A program made the translations under genes and the position numbers. Below are positions 8,637 to 19,375 of a stretch of 58,642 nt of DNA, piece after piece. The notes under the pieces are model-generated. The model searched no databases, was not told where the DNA came from, and saw only the letters and a list, made by a program, of their open reading frames with translations. Numbering within the stretch: the first letter of the stretch is position 1; each line of letters begins with the position of its first letter. Source of the DNA: a virus (Duplodnaviria; Caudoviricetes). The stretch covers positions 1 to 58,642 of IMG/VR virus record IMGVR_UViG_3300027780_000015. The stretch is one strand, 5' to 3'.

Positions 8637-8918
8637 TTATTTTTTAATGATCTGATAAAGTTTTTCGTCTATTTTATCTAGCTTGTCACTATTTTCTTCT
8701 ACCTTATCCTGCGTGTTCATTATAGTTTCCCTGATTAATTGATCTTTTAAGTCATACTCTGTTCTACCAACCTCTGGTTTAGGAAGTTCTTTAGCAAGAT
8801 CTATGTCTTTTTGAAGAGCAAACCACATACCTACTACGGTTACAACAAAAGCTACAATTATTAATAGTGTTTTTAAATCTAAAGTTAGTTCAGTGTTTTC
8901 TGAAATTTTGTTACTCAT
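8637..8918 (-). CDS. single-TM coiled-coil protein (holin/i-spanin-like)
   Basis: One TM helix (LLIIVAFVVTVVGMWFAL) plus a coiled-coil tail, close to the endolysin. Confidence 0.55.
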   Translation of the reverse strand: MSNKISENTELTLDLKTLLIIVAFVVTVVGMWFALQKDIDLAKELPKPEVGRTEYDLKDQLIRETIMNTQDKVEENSDKLDKIDEKLYQIIKK

Positions 8919-8942
8919 TGTTTTGTTTGTTTTTTTTAAATA

Positions 8943-9584
8943 TTAATTACCTTTTTTACCACCTCTCGTAACAATAAGAGTTGAATTAGTGCTAGGTTTA
9001 GAATTATAACTTGGTCTAGAGTTATAACTAGGTTTACTATTAAAACTAGGCTTACTATTAAAGCTAGGTTTATTAAAATTAGGTTTTATTTTATTATAAT
9101 TAACTCTTGGCTTTATAACAATAGGTTTGTTTATTGTTGCTATTAGTTTTTTACGTTTAGAAGCTTCTATCATAGCGGCATTACCTCTTCTATCTTTCGC
9201 GGACATAGTACTATTTCTTCTACTAGAATTATAAACTACATTGTAACCTTGATTATTAAAAGGTCCTTGATTCCAAGGTATCATATAGTAATCCCAGTAA
9301 TTCCATGGTCTGTAAAAACTAGAATAATAAGAGTAATAACTACCTTGATAAAAATTAAAATCATACCATAAAGGTCTCATGCCCCAATACCCGTAGTTAT
9401 TAGCAAAGTAAAAACGAGGTTTAAAAGGTTTGAATTTTATACGTACTATATCTGTGTTAAAACTAGTGAATATAGATGTTATGTCTTCTGGAGATGTTTG
9501 CACATCTACATAGACACTATTAGGAATATATTGATAACTTCCACAGCTACATAGTAGCATTACTAATATTACAAGTTTTTTCAT
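8943..9584 (-). CDS. lipoprotein with Tyr/Trp-rich middle and PS[FY]NS[KR] repeats
   Basis: Likely start ATG 9584, MKKLVILVMLLCSC lipobox; repeats KPNFNKPSFNSKPSFNSKPSYNSRPSYNSKPS. Confidence 0.65.
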   Translation of the reverse strand: MKKLVILVMLLCSCGSYQYIPNSVYVDVQTSPEDITSIFTSFNTDIVRIKFKPFKPRFYFANNYGYWGMRPLWYDFNFYQGSYYSYYSSFYRPWNYWDYYMIPWNQGPFNNQGYNVVYNSSRRNSTMSAKDRRGNAAMIEASKRKKLIATINKPIVIKPRVNYNKIKPNFNKPSFNSKPSFNSKPSYNSRPSYNSKPSTNSTLIVTRGGKKGN

Positions 9585-9594
9585 ATTATTTATT

Positions 9595-10137
9595 TTAATT
9601 AGTTTCGTTAGAAAGATTTTCATAATCACTTTCGTCTATCATTTCACCAACTTTAAGTTTTTTGCCTGTATATGATCTGAATTTTTTAGGAATATATAAA
9701 GTGTCGTTTACAGTTTTTGGGTTTTCGTTAACAACGTATTTTCCTTTTTTATTCTTTTTAACTTTACCCATGTCTTGCAGATCCTGAACATTAACCTCGT
9801 TGTAGTCTTGTTTAGCAGGACTTCCTATTTTTACGCAATTATTAACTGTTTCACCTGTTCCGCTAGGTGAGTCTTTTACTCCATCTTTTCTATAACCATC
9901 CCAGCAAGAAGAATTTGAAGAATTAGCTCCTGGAAAATTTAAAGGACTAACCATTTTAATACCTGAACCTTTGTTCATTCTATCATACAGCCTTTTACCT
10001 TTTTTAACTAATCTACCTTTACCAGAGTCAACTAAAGCATCGCTAATTTCTCCTCTACCGTCTGTTGCTTCAGTAGTATTACCGGTACCTTTATTAGCTT
10101 TGTCTAATAATTTTTGTAGTTTTTTTTCTGCACCCAT
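9595..10137 (-). CDS. modular basic protein with KMVSPLN and GSPAKQ tags flanking a CWDGY...VNNCVK module
   Basis: Motifs read directly from the translation. Confidence 0.7.
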   Translation of the reverse strand: MGAEKKLQKLLDKANKGTGNTTEATDGRGEISDALVDSGKGRLVKKGKRLYDRMNKGSGIKMVSPLNFPGANSSNSSCWDGYRKDGVKDSPSGTGETVNNCVKIGSPAKQDYNEVNVQDLQDMGKVKKNKKGKYVVNENPKTVNDTLYIPKKFRSYTGKKLKVGEMIDESDYENLSNETN

Positions 10138-13100
10138 TATTTTTTGTTTTGTAATTCAATTATTTTTTTAATTCTAATCTCTTCGTATTTTAATTTTACT
10201 ATTTCTTGTTTAGTAAGACCTAAGTCTAGTAGCATTTGTTTTTGTTCTGCTCCACTAGTATCTTTCTTCATTTTTAATACCTTATCTCTAAGTATAGTCT
10301 GTGGTGTTTGAACTTCTTTGTCTTCAACGCCATAGTAAGGTAAACCTAAATCCCAAGCAGACCAACCCATAAGTAAAGCAACTTTTTGCCATTTATCAGA
10401 ACTGTTACTTACTGCAGCTCTTAAGTTGTTTATTTTTTGTATTGCTCTATCTAAAGGTATGTTTGTTAAACCAGCTATAACTTGAGCATAAGCTAAATAA
10501 GCAGGATTGTTTAGGTTAAAACCTTCTTGTTCCATTTTTTCACGTTCCCAAGATAAAGTGTTAAGCCCACTGTTTAATTTTCTAATTTTAGCATCAAGTG
10601 GTGGTGAAAATCCAAATAAATCTTGTATAGCTTTTCTAAACTCAGGCGCTCCTTTTTCTTTATTAGCTTCTTCGTATATAGTAATTAAAGCGTCTTTGAT
10701 AGCAGCAACCGCTGCACCTTGTATACCAAGACCTCTTAAAAGTGAATCAGCCATACCATTTGCGATTCTACCTGTTTTATCTTCTTCTTCTTCATCTTCC
10801 TCGCCAAACGCTAAAGCAAATAGAGCCGCTGATAACGCGTTAAATATAAGGTTTTGTATTGCTGCGTAATAAACTATTTTAGATACGTTAGTTTTCCAAT
10901 CACCTCTACCGTTTATAAGATCTTGAGTTGCTCTTTTAATTATACGAGCATACTGCATTGGTGTATTAGCAAAAGCTAGTATTACACGACCAGCACCTGA
11001 CGCCTGTTGTTGTGATATTTTACTAGGGTTACTTGATTGCTGACTTTCTTCTGCGACAGCATAGAAATCATCAAACGCTTGTTTTTCAGCAGCTGCTTGA
11101 TCCATACCGCTTTTCATGTAAGCTTTAATTTGATTTCTATAAAATGTAGAACCTCCAGCTGCAATAGCAAAACTATCAGCAATTCTTGTAAGAACAAAAC
11201 CTTTGCTAAGTAATAAGTTTAAAAAAGCTTTAGGTTTGTTAGAGCTTTCTGATACAGCATCTGCTATTTCAGATTCACTAACGTTAATTTTTAAACCATC
11301 ACGTCTTTCAACTAAGTAAGGTGAATTCATTAAAGTCATGAAATCTTTCCAATATTGCTTTTGATTAAGAAGAGCTTTACCGGCGGCTATAAGGTTATTA
11401 TTACCGAAATTTATAAAATTTACCGCAGATATAGTCTGTAATACTGCAGATCTTGTGTTTAAAAACATTATTGCACCAACAGAATTATTTAACCAGTTTA
11501 GTACTTGGTCAACAATTCTTGAGTTACCAACTGGTCTGTTGCTACCAGACTTCATTCTACGTATTTGATCACGTAAAGCTTCTACATATCTAGGACCGTA
11601 AGCAGCTTCAAGTTTGTTCATTACTTTTTCTGAAAGTATTATGTCAAGATTTTCATTAAATTCTTGCATGTACTCTTTTCTATTAACCTTGTTAATTTCG
11701 TTAACAATATCAGAGGTAATATTACCAGCTAACCAGTTTGGACCAGGCTTAGGATAAGGTTTGCCTTTTTGTATATTTATTAGTTCACTAACAAAAACGT
11801 CAAGTTCAGCGTTGTTATCTATAAAATCATTTAACTCTTTAGCATCTCTTTTAGATAATCCAGGAACTTCCATACCCTGTCTTGTCCATACTGCAACTCT
11901 AGCAGCTTGAGCAAATGTAAACCCTCCAATACCAGTTAATTTAGATAAAGACTTAGGTAGTGTTTTAAGACTATTCTTTAAAGTTTTAAAATCATTAGCA
12001 GCAGATATTTTAGCTCTTGTTACAGCTTGCTCTGCTCTATTGTATGGATCATATAAATTATCTTTAAAAAATTGGCTTTGTGCGTCTCCAACTTTTCCTT
12101 TACCTAGTAATCTATATAACAAACCTTTAAAATCTTCAGCTGACGGTGTTGTAAGAAAAGTAAATCTACCTTTTTTAGCTCCAACTGTTTGCGCTCTTGC
12201 TTTAGAAAATTCAGCCTCAGCTTTTATACCAGTCTTACCTTCAATAATGTTATTCATTATTTTATCAAAAGTAACGCTTTTACTATATTTAGCTTGTTGT
12301 ACTTTAGACTTTACATCTACTTGATCTAATATGTTTTTTACAGCTTTAACATTTCCAATAGCATCATCAGCAAAATAAAAATCATTATAACCTTCTGCTG
12401 TTTTACTTATAACCCAATTAGCTTTAGCTTGTGGTGTTCCATTTTCTAAACCTGTAATGTTATCTAATGGTAAGTTTAAACCTATACCATCTAAAAATGC
12501 TTTAATACCTGTAGCTGCAATTTGTGGCCTAGCTGTTAAAACAAATATATCTTTACTTCCAAACTTACCTTGACGTTTTAAAGCAAGATCAGCTAATGGA
12601 CCTTTTTTAGCATTGACAACATTGTCAAAATTACTAAAATCAAAAGTAGCTCCATCAGATTCTAAATTACTAGCTTGCTCTGCAAACTGAGCAGCTGATA
12701 TTTCATTTATTTCTCCATTAGCTTTAGTAACTATAACTTTTTCTTTTGTTCTAGCTAAAGTATCATCAAAATCAAATACGCTTATACCTTTAGGTTTTGT
12801 ATTTAAAGATCTTGAAAACTTAAGAGTTTTATCGTAATTACCTAATGTTTCTATTTTTTGTTCTGTAGTAGCGTTTTCTGATAACTTTGGGCTAAATTGA
12901 TTAGTAAGAGTTTTACTTGCTTTGTTTTTAAGTTTAGCTAAACTTTTAACATAAACATTAATTCTTGCTTGAGCTTTTTTAGCACTTAATGGGTTTTCAG
13001 ATCTTTGTTGTTCTGCTACTAATTTTTTTTGTAAAGAAACAACATCAGGGTAAAAATAAAACTCTTTAGGTACTTTTACGTTGTTTTGTTCTGCAAAAGT

Positions 13101-16100
13101 TTGATTAGTTAAAGGGTCTATAATTGTGTTTATATTTATATCAGATTCAGTTATTCTAGTAATTTGATTATCCATTATGGTTTTTCCTTCGTCCATAGTA
13201 GAATCTTTCTTAGCAATATCAATTTTTCTATCATCTATTTTAGCTAATAAAATTTGACCTGTATTTTTTCTTATACCAGGAAAAACTAAATCTACAATAC
13301 CTTGTTTAATGGCATAAATTAAACTACCTCCAGTTGTAGAAGCTGGTGGATTATGCTCTTCTCTAAATTTTGATTGACCAGTTCTTTGGTTTGGTTTACC
13401 AGTTAAAGCATATTCACCCTTAACAGATTTACCTACAAAAGGATATGATATTTTAATTAATCCAGTGGTAGCTTGATAAGCTCCTTCTATAATTGTAGCC
13501 ATCATTTCAGGGCTTATGTCTTTTGATTTTACCGCTGCTTCTAACTCTTTACTTACGTTATATAATATATCTTGGTTTTGCTTAGCTTGATCTTGCCCTG
13601 TTTCTGTAAAAGCATTTTTTACATTAACCCTTATAGCTTTTAACTCTGACATAGGTTTAGTAGCTGCTTTAGCTTTTATGTAAGCTGGATCTTTAACTCC
13701 ATAATATAGTCTATTATTTTCAGCAACTAAAGTTACTCCTGTACCAGCAAACGCTTCAACTTGTTTAGCCGTAGGTGGATCAAATAATCTTTCGCCAGTT
13801 GCACTTTCTTTTAAAACACCCGGTATTGTTTGACCGTTGCTTAAATCATAAACAACATCACCATTAGCAAGTCTGCTTCTTTTAGCTCCAGAGTTAGCTA
13901 ACCTAGCTGCGTCAAAAGTTTCTGTACTTATTTTTCCTGTATCAATAGCGTCTTGAAGTTCTTTTTGCATTTTAACTCTGTTGCTATTATTAATAACAGT
14001 GTTTTTAATACCAGCAGCTTCTCTAGTCTGTTGTTTGTCTCGTGCTGCTCCTATTTTAGAAAGAATTTCGTTTTGTTCTGTCGTTATAGTTTTACTAAAC
14101 TTAGCGCCTGACTGTAATCTTTTACCTTGTGAAGGTTGCGCTGTTTCCAGCATACGATTTCTAATAGCTAGATTTAATAAACCTCTAATAGTTTGGCCTA
14201 CACGATCTCTATATATAGGTTTAACTGGTTTTTCTCTAATAAGATCTATATATTCTTTTAAGCTACCAGTTAATTTACCATCAGTATATAAAGCGTCTTT
14301 AACGTTTTTAGGTACAAAAGTACCTTTACCAAAGTCATCTTTTAATTCAGGTAAACGTGCAAAATCATTTTTAGCATTTTTAAGTAAAAACTGTTTAGCT
14401 TTAGTTAAACCTTCTGCATCTTTTTTAGAATAATTTCTTGTTTTATCAGTTATTGTTTGTGGATTTATTCCAAACATTTCACCATAAACATTAGCAACTT
14501 CTTTAGGCACGTTTTTAGTTTCAGAAAACTTAACATTATCACCTTTAAAGCTTTTATTTACTGCTTCATCAATTCTAGACTCAGTAGCTTCATCAAAACC
14601 TGTTGTTTCACTAGGTTTTTTAGCTACTTTAGTATCGTCTTTTTTAGCTACAGTAGTATCGTCTGCTATTTGTAAAGTTCCGCTATCAATGCTTTTTTCT
14701 TGTTTTTGTCTTTCGCTTTTTTCTGCTAGCTTTTTATTTGCTACCATTTTAGCAAATCTAGTATTAGCAAATATAGATTCACCAAAACCTTCAGCGCCTA
14801 CTTTACTTCCATCAGCTCTAGTTGCTTCAGGGTTAAAGTTAAATATACGCTCGTACATTTCATCAATCATTTTATCACCCTGCTCTCTACTTGTTTCTCT
14901 AGATCTTATATAATTATTTATAACACCACCTGGTTGCAACGCGTCGGCAATGGCTTTAGCATCTTTTTCACTTCGCATGAATTTATCAAACTGTTCTTTA
15001 GTTTGTATTTCCGCAGGTATCAAATCATTAATAGCTTCTAGTGGTGTAAGAGTTTTAGACTGTGCTTTAGTTCCTTTTATATCTTTACCTTGCTCTGCTA
15101 GTTCTGTAGCTCTATTAGACAGCACTCCAGATTTAGAATCTTTAACGTAGCCTCTAACAAAATCATATAAATCTTTACCGTCTTTAAAACCTACGTCAGT
15201 TGGCTTAACATTAGGTCCTACTGGATTTTCATTAGCAGCGTCACTAAATATATTAGAAAAGAAATTACCTAATCTTTTTACTAATGAAGGTTTTTCTACA
15301 AATGCTTCTAATGGTATTTGACCTTCAGCTAATAGCGAAGCGTATATAGTTAAGTATTCGTCTGGATTATCTTCTAAATAAGGATCGTCATATATTCTCT
15401 CGCCATTAGCGTCTTTTTGTTTAATCCTAGACATTAATAATTTATATCCAGCTGGATCTGTTTGTTCTAATATTTTTAAAAAATCATTTTTTAAGTTTTC
15501 ACCATTAGGTCCACTAAATTGTGATTTAAGTATTTTGTGTAACAACTCATGTCTACCAACGCCAATAGCGCCAGCTTCTCTCATGTGTTGTTTGTTTATT
15601 ATTATTTGACCTTCTGGAGTTATAAAAGCGTCTACATTACCATCAGCAACACCTGTAGCTTCCATGAATTCTTTAGTTGTGTTATAAGTTACAACTGCTT
15701 TGTTTTCTCCAATAAAGTTTTTAAACTCACCGTCTTTTTTGCCTATGTTTCCAAACTTTTCTGTAAAAGCTATATCTGCATCAACGTCAGCATCTATCTG
15801 AGCTTGTTGTGTATCTGTTCTAGGTATTGATCCTATCTCTGCATCAATTTCTGCAATTCTATCTTGTTCAGGTTTTGTTAAACTACTTTCTCCTACGTCT
15901 TTTACTTTTTGAGCTAATCTATTTCTTTCAGGTATTAGATCAATAATTTTTTGACGCGCCACTCCAGAGTAACCTAAGTTAGCAATTTGATTAGCAACGC
16001 CTTGTTGTTGTTTAAAGTTTCTTTTTATTTCCTCAGCTTTAGTAGTTGTTATTTCACCAGAAGCTACTTTTCTTTTTAGCTCTGTGTTTAAAAACATTTC

Positions 16101-18272
16101 TGTTTGAGGGTTTGTAATGATACTATGTTTTGCGTCTGCTCTTTCATCTGCAGTATATGTAGACTTAGGTTTTGAAGTTGGCTTACCAGGCGCGTTAGCT
16201 GTATTGTTTTCGTCTATATTTTCTCTAGACGTTAAAGGATTAGTTGTTTTAGATTCTTTGTTTCCTTTAGAATCAACAAAGCCTGTTTCTGAAACTCCTT
16301 CATTTTTCGGTACAGCATCAATATTTTCTGGTTTAACATTTTTAGCGTCAACTAAAGGATTACCGCTAACGCCACTGTCAGTTGGTGGTTGCCCGTCTGG
16401 TCCTCTTTCTATAGCAATAGTAGAATCTTCTGCGCCTCTAGCTATTTCTTGTGAAACTCCACCTTCTGAAAAAGGATTAATAGAATCAAACATACTGCTC
16501 AAGCTAGAATCACCTGAAACTTTCATGCTATTTTTTATATTTCTACTTTGTATTGTACTGTTTAGTAATTGACCACCTACGCCTACCGCACTCATTCCAC
16601 CACCCATAACACCACCTATCATAAACGTGTCTATTACTTCACCCCATGCTGGTAAAAAGTTTTCAACTTCATCTTTATATACGTAGTCAGCGGCTTGATT
16701 TATAAGTAGCGTTCCAACTTCTGACAAACCTTCTTGTCCAAATTCTTTCATTACTTTAGTACCGTACTGTAATAAACTTTTTTGTATAACTTCTTTACCA
16801 CCGCCTCTAAGACCTTGGAACATACCTTTACCAATTTTCTTAGTAACAAGTTCTAGTAAACCTTCTGAAGCACCAATAACATAAGCATGACCTAGCCTAG
16901 CCCAATCTAAAGGTCTTCCATCTTTAGAACTTTCCATATTTGTTTTAGCTGCTTCACCAGCAACTATAGAAGCAATTCCAACATAAGGTATCATTGACTG
17001 AGCAACTGAAGGTAAAGATCCTAAGGCTGAAGATGTAATTCTAGCTCCACCAGTAAGAAAAGCGCCAAGTCTTTGCTCCATAGTAGCTTCTCCATCAAAA
17101 GCTTTTCCTAAGGTCTCTGTCATACCAACTTCACCAAAATCCATTAAAGTCATGTTAAGCTGATTAGATTTTTTATTAAATCTTTCATACGCTGTTTCCC
17201 CATATTCAACTAGATCTTTTTGACCGAAAATAAGCCCTACTTGTCCCGCAGGCCCAAAAAGAGTTCCTTGTACTAATGGGTGTGATAAGAAATCCATAGC
17301 TCCTTGAGGTAGTATTTTACCTGCAGTATCGCCTATCATTGTTTTTGTGTCAGCTATAAGTTTAGGCATAGCCATTAAACCACTAGCTATATCTAACATG
17401 CCTCCTTCAATTCTATCACCTACTTCTTCAGCAAAATCAAATTTATCTCCATAAGCCCCGGCTTCTGCGCCTTCACCTAAAGCATAATCAGTTATTATAT
17501 TGTTAATTAACCCGTCAAAGTTTACACCATCCCAAGAGTCATCTTCGTAATCACTAAGATCCATTAGTCCAGCGTAGTTTAAAGCTCCAGCTATAGGTTC
17601 TACTACAAATTTAGATGAAGTAAAATCAACTACATCAAGAATCCCTTCAGCTGTTTCCCCAATAGCTCTTGCAGCTCCTTCAAAAAGTCTAACACCATCC
17701 CAATCCCACCAATCATCAGTGTCTCCTTGAAAACCTTCTGCTAATATTCCAAGAACACCTAGTTCGTTATCTCTTTGATACTGTTTTGTAGCTTCTATTT
17801 TTGCTTGTTTAAGTTCTTTTCTTTTAGCTACATTGTCAAAATATTGACCTCTTTGCTTTTCATCAAAAGAAGAATGACCAAATAAATTAGCTATTGAGGC
17901 TTTAGCAACGTTACCTTCATCGCTAGTATCTTTATTAGCGTTTATCCATTCATCTTCTGATCCTTCTTTTCTAGTAAAATAAATACCTTGGTTTGGATCA
18001 TTTGGGTCTATTTCATATTTATATTCAAAACCATCATTTCTTGATAAAACTTGACCTGGATTAATTGTAGGTTGAGATGCCGATGAACCATTTCCCGATT
18101 GTGATTCCGTGTTGGATGCGTTGGCGTTCGTTGACACCGCAGTTGCATCCTGGTTCTGGGTGTCGTTTATCTTTACTGGATTATCTATATCGTATTGTCT
18201 TGCTTTTTCAAAGACTTCGGTGCTATTTGCTCCTTGAGCTATTAAGCTTTCTATATATTCTAACTTATTCAT
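10137..18272 (-). CDS. giant internal virion/ejected (polyvalent) protein with HEXXH zincin motif and HAD-phosphatase domain
   Basis: 2711 aa, at the position of podovirus ejection proteins. GRHELLH at ~15536-15553. HAD motifs VFDFDDTL, VLTAR, K, FADD at ~12300-12790. Hydrophobic Gly-rich segments in the N-terminal third. Confidence 0.75.
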   Translation of the reverse strand: MNKLEYIESLIAQGANSTEVFEKARQYDIDNPVKINDTQNQDATAVSTNANASNTESQSGNGSSASQPTINPGQVLSRNDGFEYKYEIDPNDPNQGIYFTRKEGSEDEWINANKDTSDEGNVAKASIANLFGHSSFDEKQRGQYFDNVAKRKELKQAKIEATKQYQRDNELGVLGILAEGFQGDTDDWWDWDGVRLFEGAARAIGETAEGILDVVDFTSSKFVVEPIAGALNYAGLMDLSDYEDDSWDGVNFDGLINNIITDYALGEGAEAGAYGDKFDFAEEVGDRIEGGMLDIASGLMAMPKLIADTKTMIGDTAGKILPQGAMDFLSHPLVQGTLFGPAGQVGLIFGQKDLVEYGETAYERFNKKSNQLNMTLMDFGEVGMTETLGKAFDGEATMEQRLGAFLTGGARITSSALGSLPSVAQSMIPYVGIASIVAGEAAKTNMESSKDGRPLDWARLGHAYVIGASEGLLELVTKKIGKGMFQGLRGGGKEVIQKSLLQYGTKVMKEFGQEGLSEVGTLLINQAADYVYKDEVENFLPAWGEVIDTFMIGGVMGGGMSAVGVGGQLLNSTIQSRNIKNSMKVSGDSSLSSMFDSINPFSEGGVSQEIARGAEDSTIAIERGPDGQPPTDSGVSGNPLVDAKNVKPENIDAVPKNEGVSETGFVDSKGNKESKTTNPLTSRENIDENNTANAPGKPTSKPKSTYTADERADAKHSIITNPQTEMFLNTELKRKVASGEITTTKAEEIKRNFKQQQGVANQIANLGYSGVARQKIIDLIPERNRLAQKVKDVGESSLTKPEQDRIAEIDAEIGSIPRTDTQQAQIDADVDADIAFTEKFGNIGKKDGEFKNFIGENKAVVTYNTTKEFMEATGVADGNVDAFITPEGQIIINKQHMREAGAIGVGRHELLHKILKSQFSGPNGENLKNDFLKILEQTDPAGYKLLMSRIKQKDANGERIYDDPYLEDNPDEYLTIYASLLAEGQIPLEAFVEKPSLVKRLGNFFSNIFSDAANENPVGPNVKPTDVGFKDGKDLYDFVRGYVKDSKSGVLSNRATELAEQGKDIKGTKAQSKTLTPLEAINDLIPAEIQTKEQFDKFMRSEKDAKAIADALQPGGVINNYIRSRETSREQGDKMIDEMYERIFNFNPEATRADGSKVGAEGFGESIFANTRFAKMVANKKLAEKSERQKQEKSIDSGTLQIADDTTVAKKDDTKVAKKPSETTGFDEATESRIDEAVNKSFKGDNVKFSETKNVPKEVANVYGEMFGINPQTITDKTRNYSKKDAEGLTKAKQFLLKNAKNDFARLPELKDDFGKGTFVPKNVKDALYTDGKLTGSLKEYIDLIREKPVKPIYRDRVGQTIRGLLNLAIRNRMLETAQPSQGKRLQSGAKFSKTITTEQNEILSKIGAARDKQQTREAAGIKNTVINNSNRVKMQKELQDAIDTGKISTETFDAARLANSGAKRSRLANGDVVYDLSNGQTIPGVLKESATGERLFDPPTAKQVEAFAGTGVTLVAENNRLYYGVKDPAYIKAKAATKPMSELKAIRVNVKNAFTETGQDQAKQNQDILYNVSKELEAAVKSKDISPEMMATIIEGAYQATTGLIKISYPFVGKSVKGEYALTGKPNQRTGQSKFREEHNPPASTTGGSLIYAIKQGIVDLVFPGIRKNTGQILLAKIDDRKIDIAKKDSTMDEGKTIMDNQITRITESDININTIIDPLTNQTFAEQNNVKVPKEFYFYPDVVSLQKKLVAEQQRSENPLSAKKAQARINVYVKSLAKLKNKASKTLTNQFSPKLSENATTEQKIETLGNYDKTLKFSRSLNTKPKGISVFDFDDTLARTKEKVIVTKANGEINEISAAQFAEQASNLESDGATFDFSNFDNVVNAKKGPLADLALKRQGKFGSKDIFVLTARPQIAATGIKAFLDGIGLNLPLDNITGLENGTPQAKANWVISKTAEGYNDFYFADDAIGNVKAVKNILDQVDVKSKVQQAKYSKSVTFDKIMNNIIEGKTGIKAEAEFSKARAQTVGAKKGRFTFLTTPSAEDFKGLLYRLLGKGKVGDAQSQFFKDNLYDPYNRAEQAVTRAKISAANDFKTLKNSLKTLPKSLSKLTGIGGFTFAQAARVAVWTRQGMEVPGLSKRDAKELNDFIDNNAELDVFVSELINIQKGKPYPKPGPNWLAGNITSDIVNEINKVNRKEYMQEFNENLDIILSEKVMNKLEAAYGPRYVEALRDQIRRMKSGSNRPVGNSRIVDQVLNWLNNSVGAIMFLNTRSAVLQTISAVNFINFGNNNLIAAGKALLNQKQYWKDFMTLMNSPYLVERRDGLKINVSESEIADAVSESSNKPKAFLNLLLSKGFVLTRIADSFAIAAGGSTFYRNQIKAYMKSGMDQAAAEKQAFDDFYAVAEESQQSSNPSKISQQQASGAGRVILAFANTPMQYARIIKRATQDLINGRGDWKTNVSKIVYYAAIQNLIFNALSAALFALAFGEEDEEEEDKTGRIANGMADSLLRGLGIQGAAVAAIKDALITIYEEANKEKGAPEFRKAIQDLFGFSPPLDAKIRKLNSGLNTLSWEREKMEQEGFNLNNPAYLAYAQVIAGLTNIPLDRAIQKINNLRAAVSNSSDKWQKVALLMGWSAWDLGLPYYGVEDKEVQTPQTILRDKVLKMKKDTSGAEQKQMLLDLGLTKQEIVKLKYEEIRIKKIIELQNKK

Positions 18273-18282
18273 TTAATTTAAT

Positions 18283-19374
18283 TTATTGGTTATCTTCCAT
18301 GAACTGTTGAGCTTTAGCTGTTCTAGCTTCTGCTAAATCAAACACCGCAGCGTCTTCTTCTACGCTTGGTAATTTATTTGTTAAAAATTGATGTAAATAA
18401 TTTTTGAAAAAGTATTCTTTATATTTTAATCCAAATAATTCTTTTTTATCTTGCATTAAAGGTAGATCAGTTAAATAATCCCAAGATTGACTACCAGCGT
18501 TAGCGTTTTGAACCATTTGATCATCTTCTTCTTCACTAGTTAGTTTAGATAAAAATACGTTCCACGCTGCTACAGCTTCTTGTTCTGATGACAACAAACC
18601 AGAGACCTCAGCGTTTATAAAAGGAGTTACTTTTTTTTCAATTTTATCTACATCATACCTAAGAATATTTCTACCTTTGCCGTTTCCTATATCAATAATT
18701 TCATAATCAGGTGCTCCGTTAAATTTTAATATAAATTCTTCTGATATTTTAGCGCCAGAAGATAATTGTCCATTTTCTCCAACATTATCTGCACTAAATA
18801 ATTGAGACTCTACTAACAGCTCCATCATGCTTTTGTTAATATCTGGAGTTTCAGCTACTAAAGAAGTGTCTGCCTCTAGCAATGTTTCAAGAGCGGCACT
18901 ATTTATAGATAAAGGAGTGTCAAAACCAGGACCTATAAAAGTTAATTGTTGGGTTCCATTTGGAACTAATTCTAATAATATGTCATAACCATCAGTTTTA
19001 GAAAAACCAGGTTTTTTAGTTAATATACAATTAGCTATCATAAAAGAAAAATCATTATTAACATCATAATAAGGAGTTTCAGTAACGCTTAATTCACTAG
19101 TAACGTTAGACAAAAACTGTAAAGATAACTTAGGCGCTGATTCTATTTGAATCATTCTAGCGTTTTCAACCGTACAAAATTGATCTGCACAATTGCCTTG
19201 TTGTATAGCTATTTTTATCGAGGCATATTCTTTACCAGTTTCTTGGTAAGCTCTATTTAAAACACCAAATTCAGTATCAACAGGCTTAGATATATAGTCC
19301 ATGTTATAGGCTATAGCATCGCTTTGTATCATTTGCTTTATTAAAGTGTTTGTTGTGATGTTTCTATTTTCCAT
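18283..19374 (-). CDS. putative internal virion protein
   Basis: Acidic ORF between the pilot-like gene and the giant protein; likely start MENRN at 19374. Confidence 0.55.
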   Translation of the reverse strand: MENRNITTNTLIKQMIQSDAIAYNMDYISKPVDTEFGVLNRAYQETGKEYASIKIAIQQGNCADQFCTVENARMIQIESAPKLSLQFLSNVTSELSVTETPYYDVNNDFSFMIANCILTKKPGFSKTDGYDILLELVPNGTQQLTFIGPGFDTPLSINSAALETLLEADTSLVAETPDINKSMMELLVESQLFSADNVGENGQLSSGAKISEEFILKFNGAPDYEIIDIGNGKGRNILRYDVDKIEKKVTPFINAEVSGLLSSEQEAVAAWNVFLSKLTSEEEDDQMVQNANAGSQSWDYLTDLPLMQDKKELFGLKYKEYFFKNYLHQFLTNKLPSVEEDAAVFDLAEARTAKAQQFMEDNQ

Positions 19375-19375
19375 G

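Noticed and set aside
12751-12790. FDFDD as a crAss-type virion RNA polymerase catalytic motif (DxDxD)
   Set aside because: The context hhhDxDxTL with downstream TAR and DD motifs fits a HAD phosphatase; no DxDxD spacing or double-psi-barrel motifs recognised.
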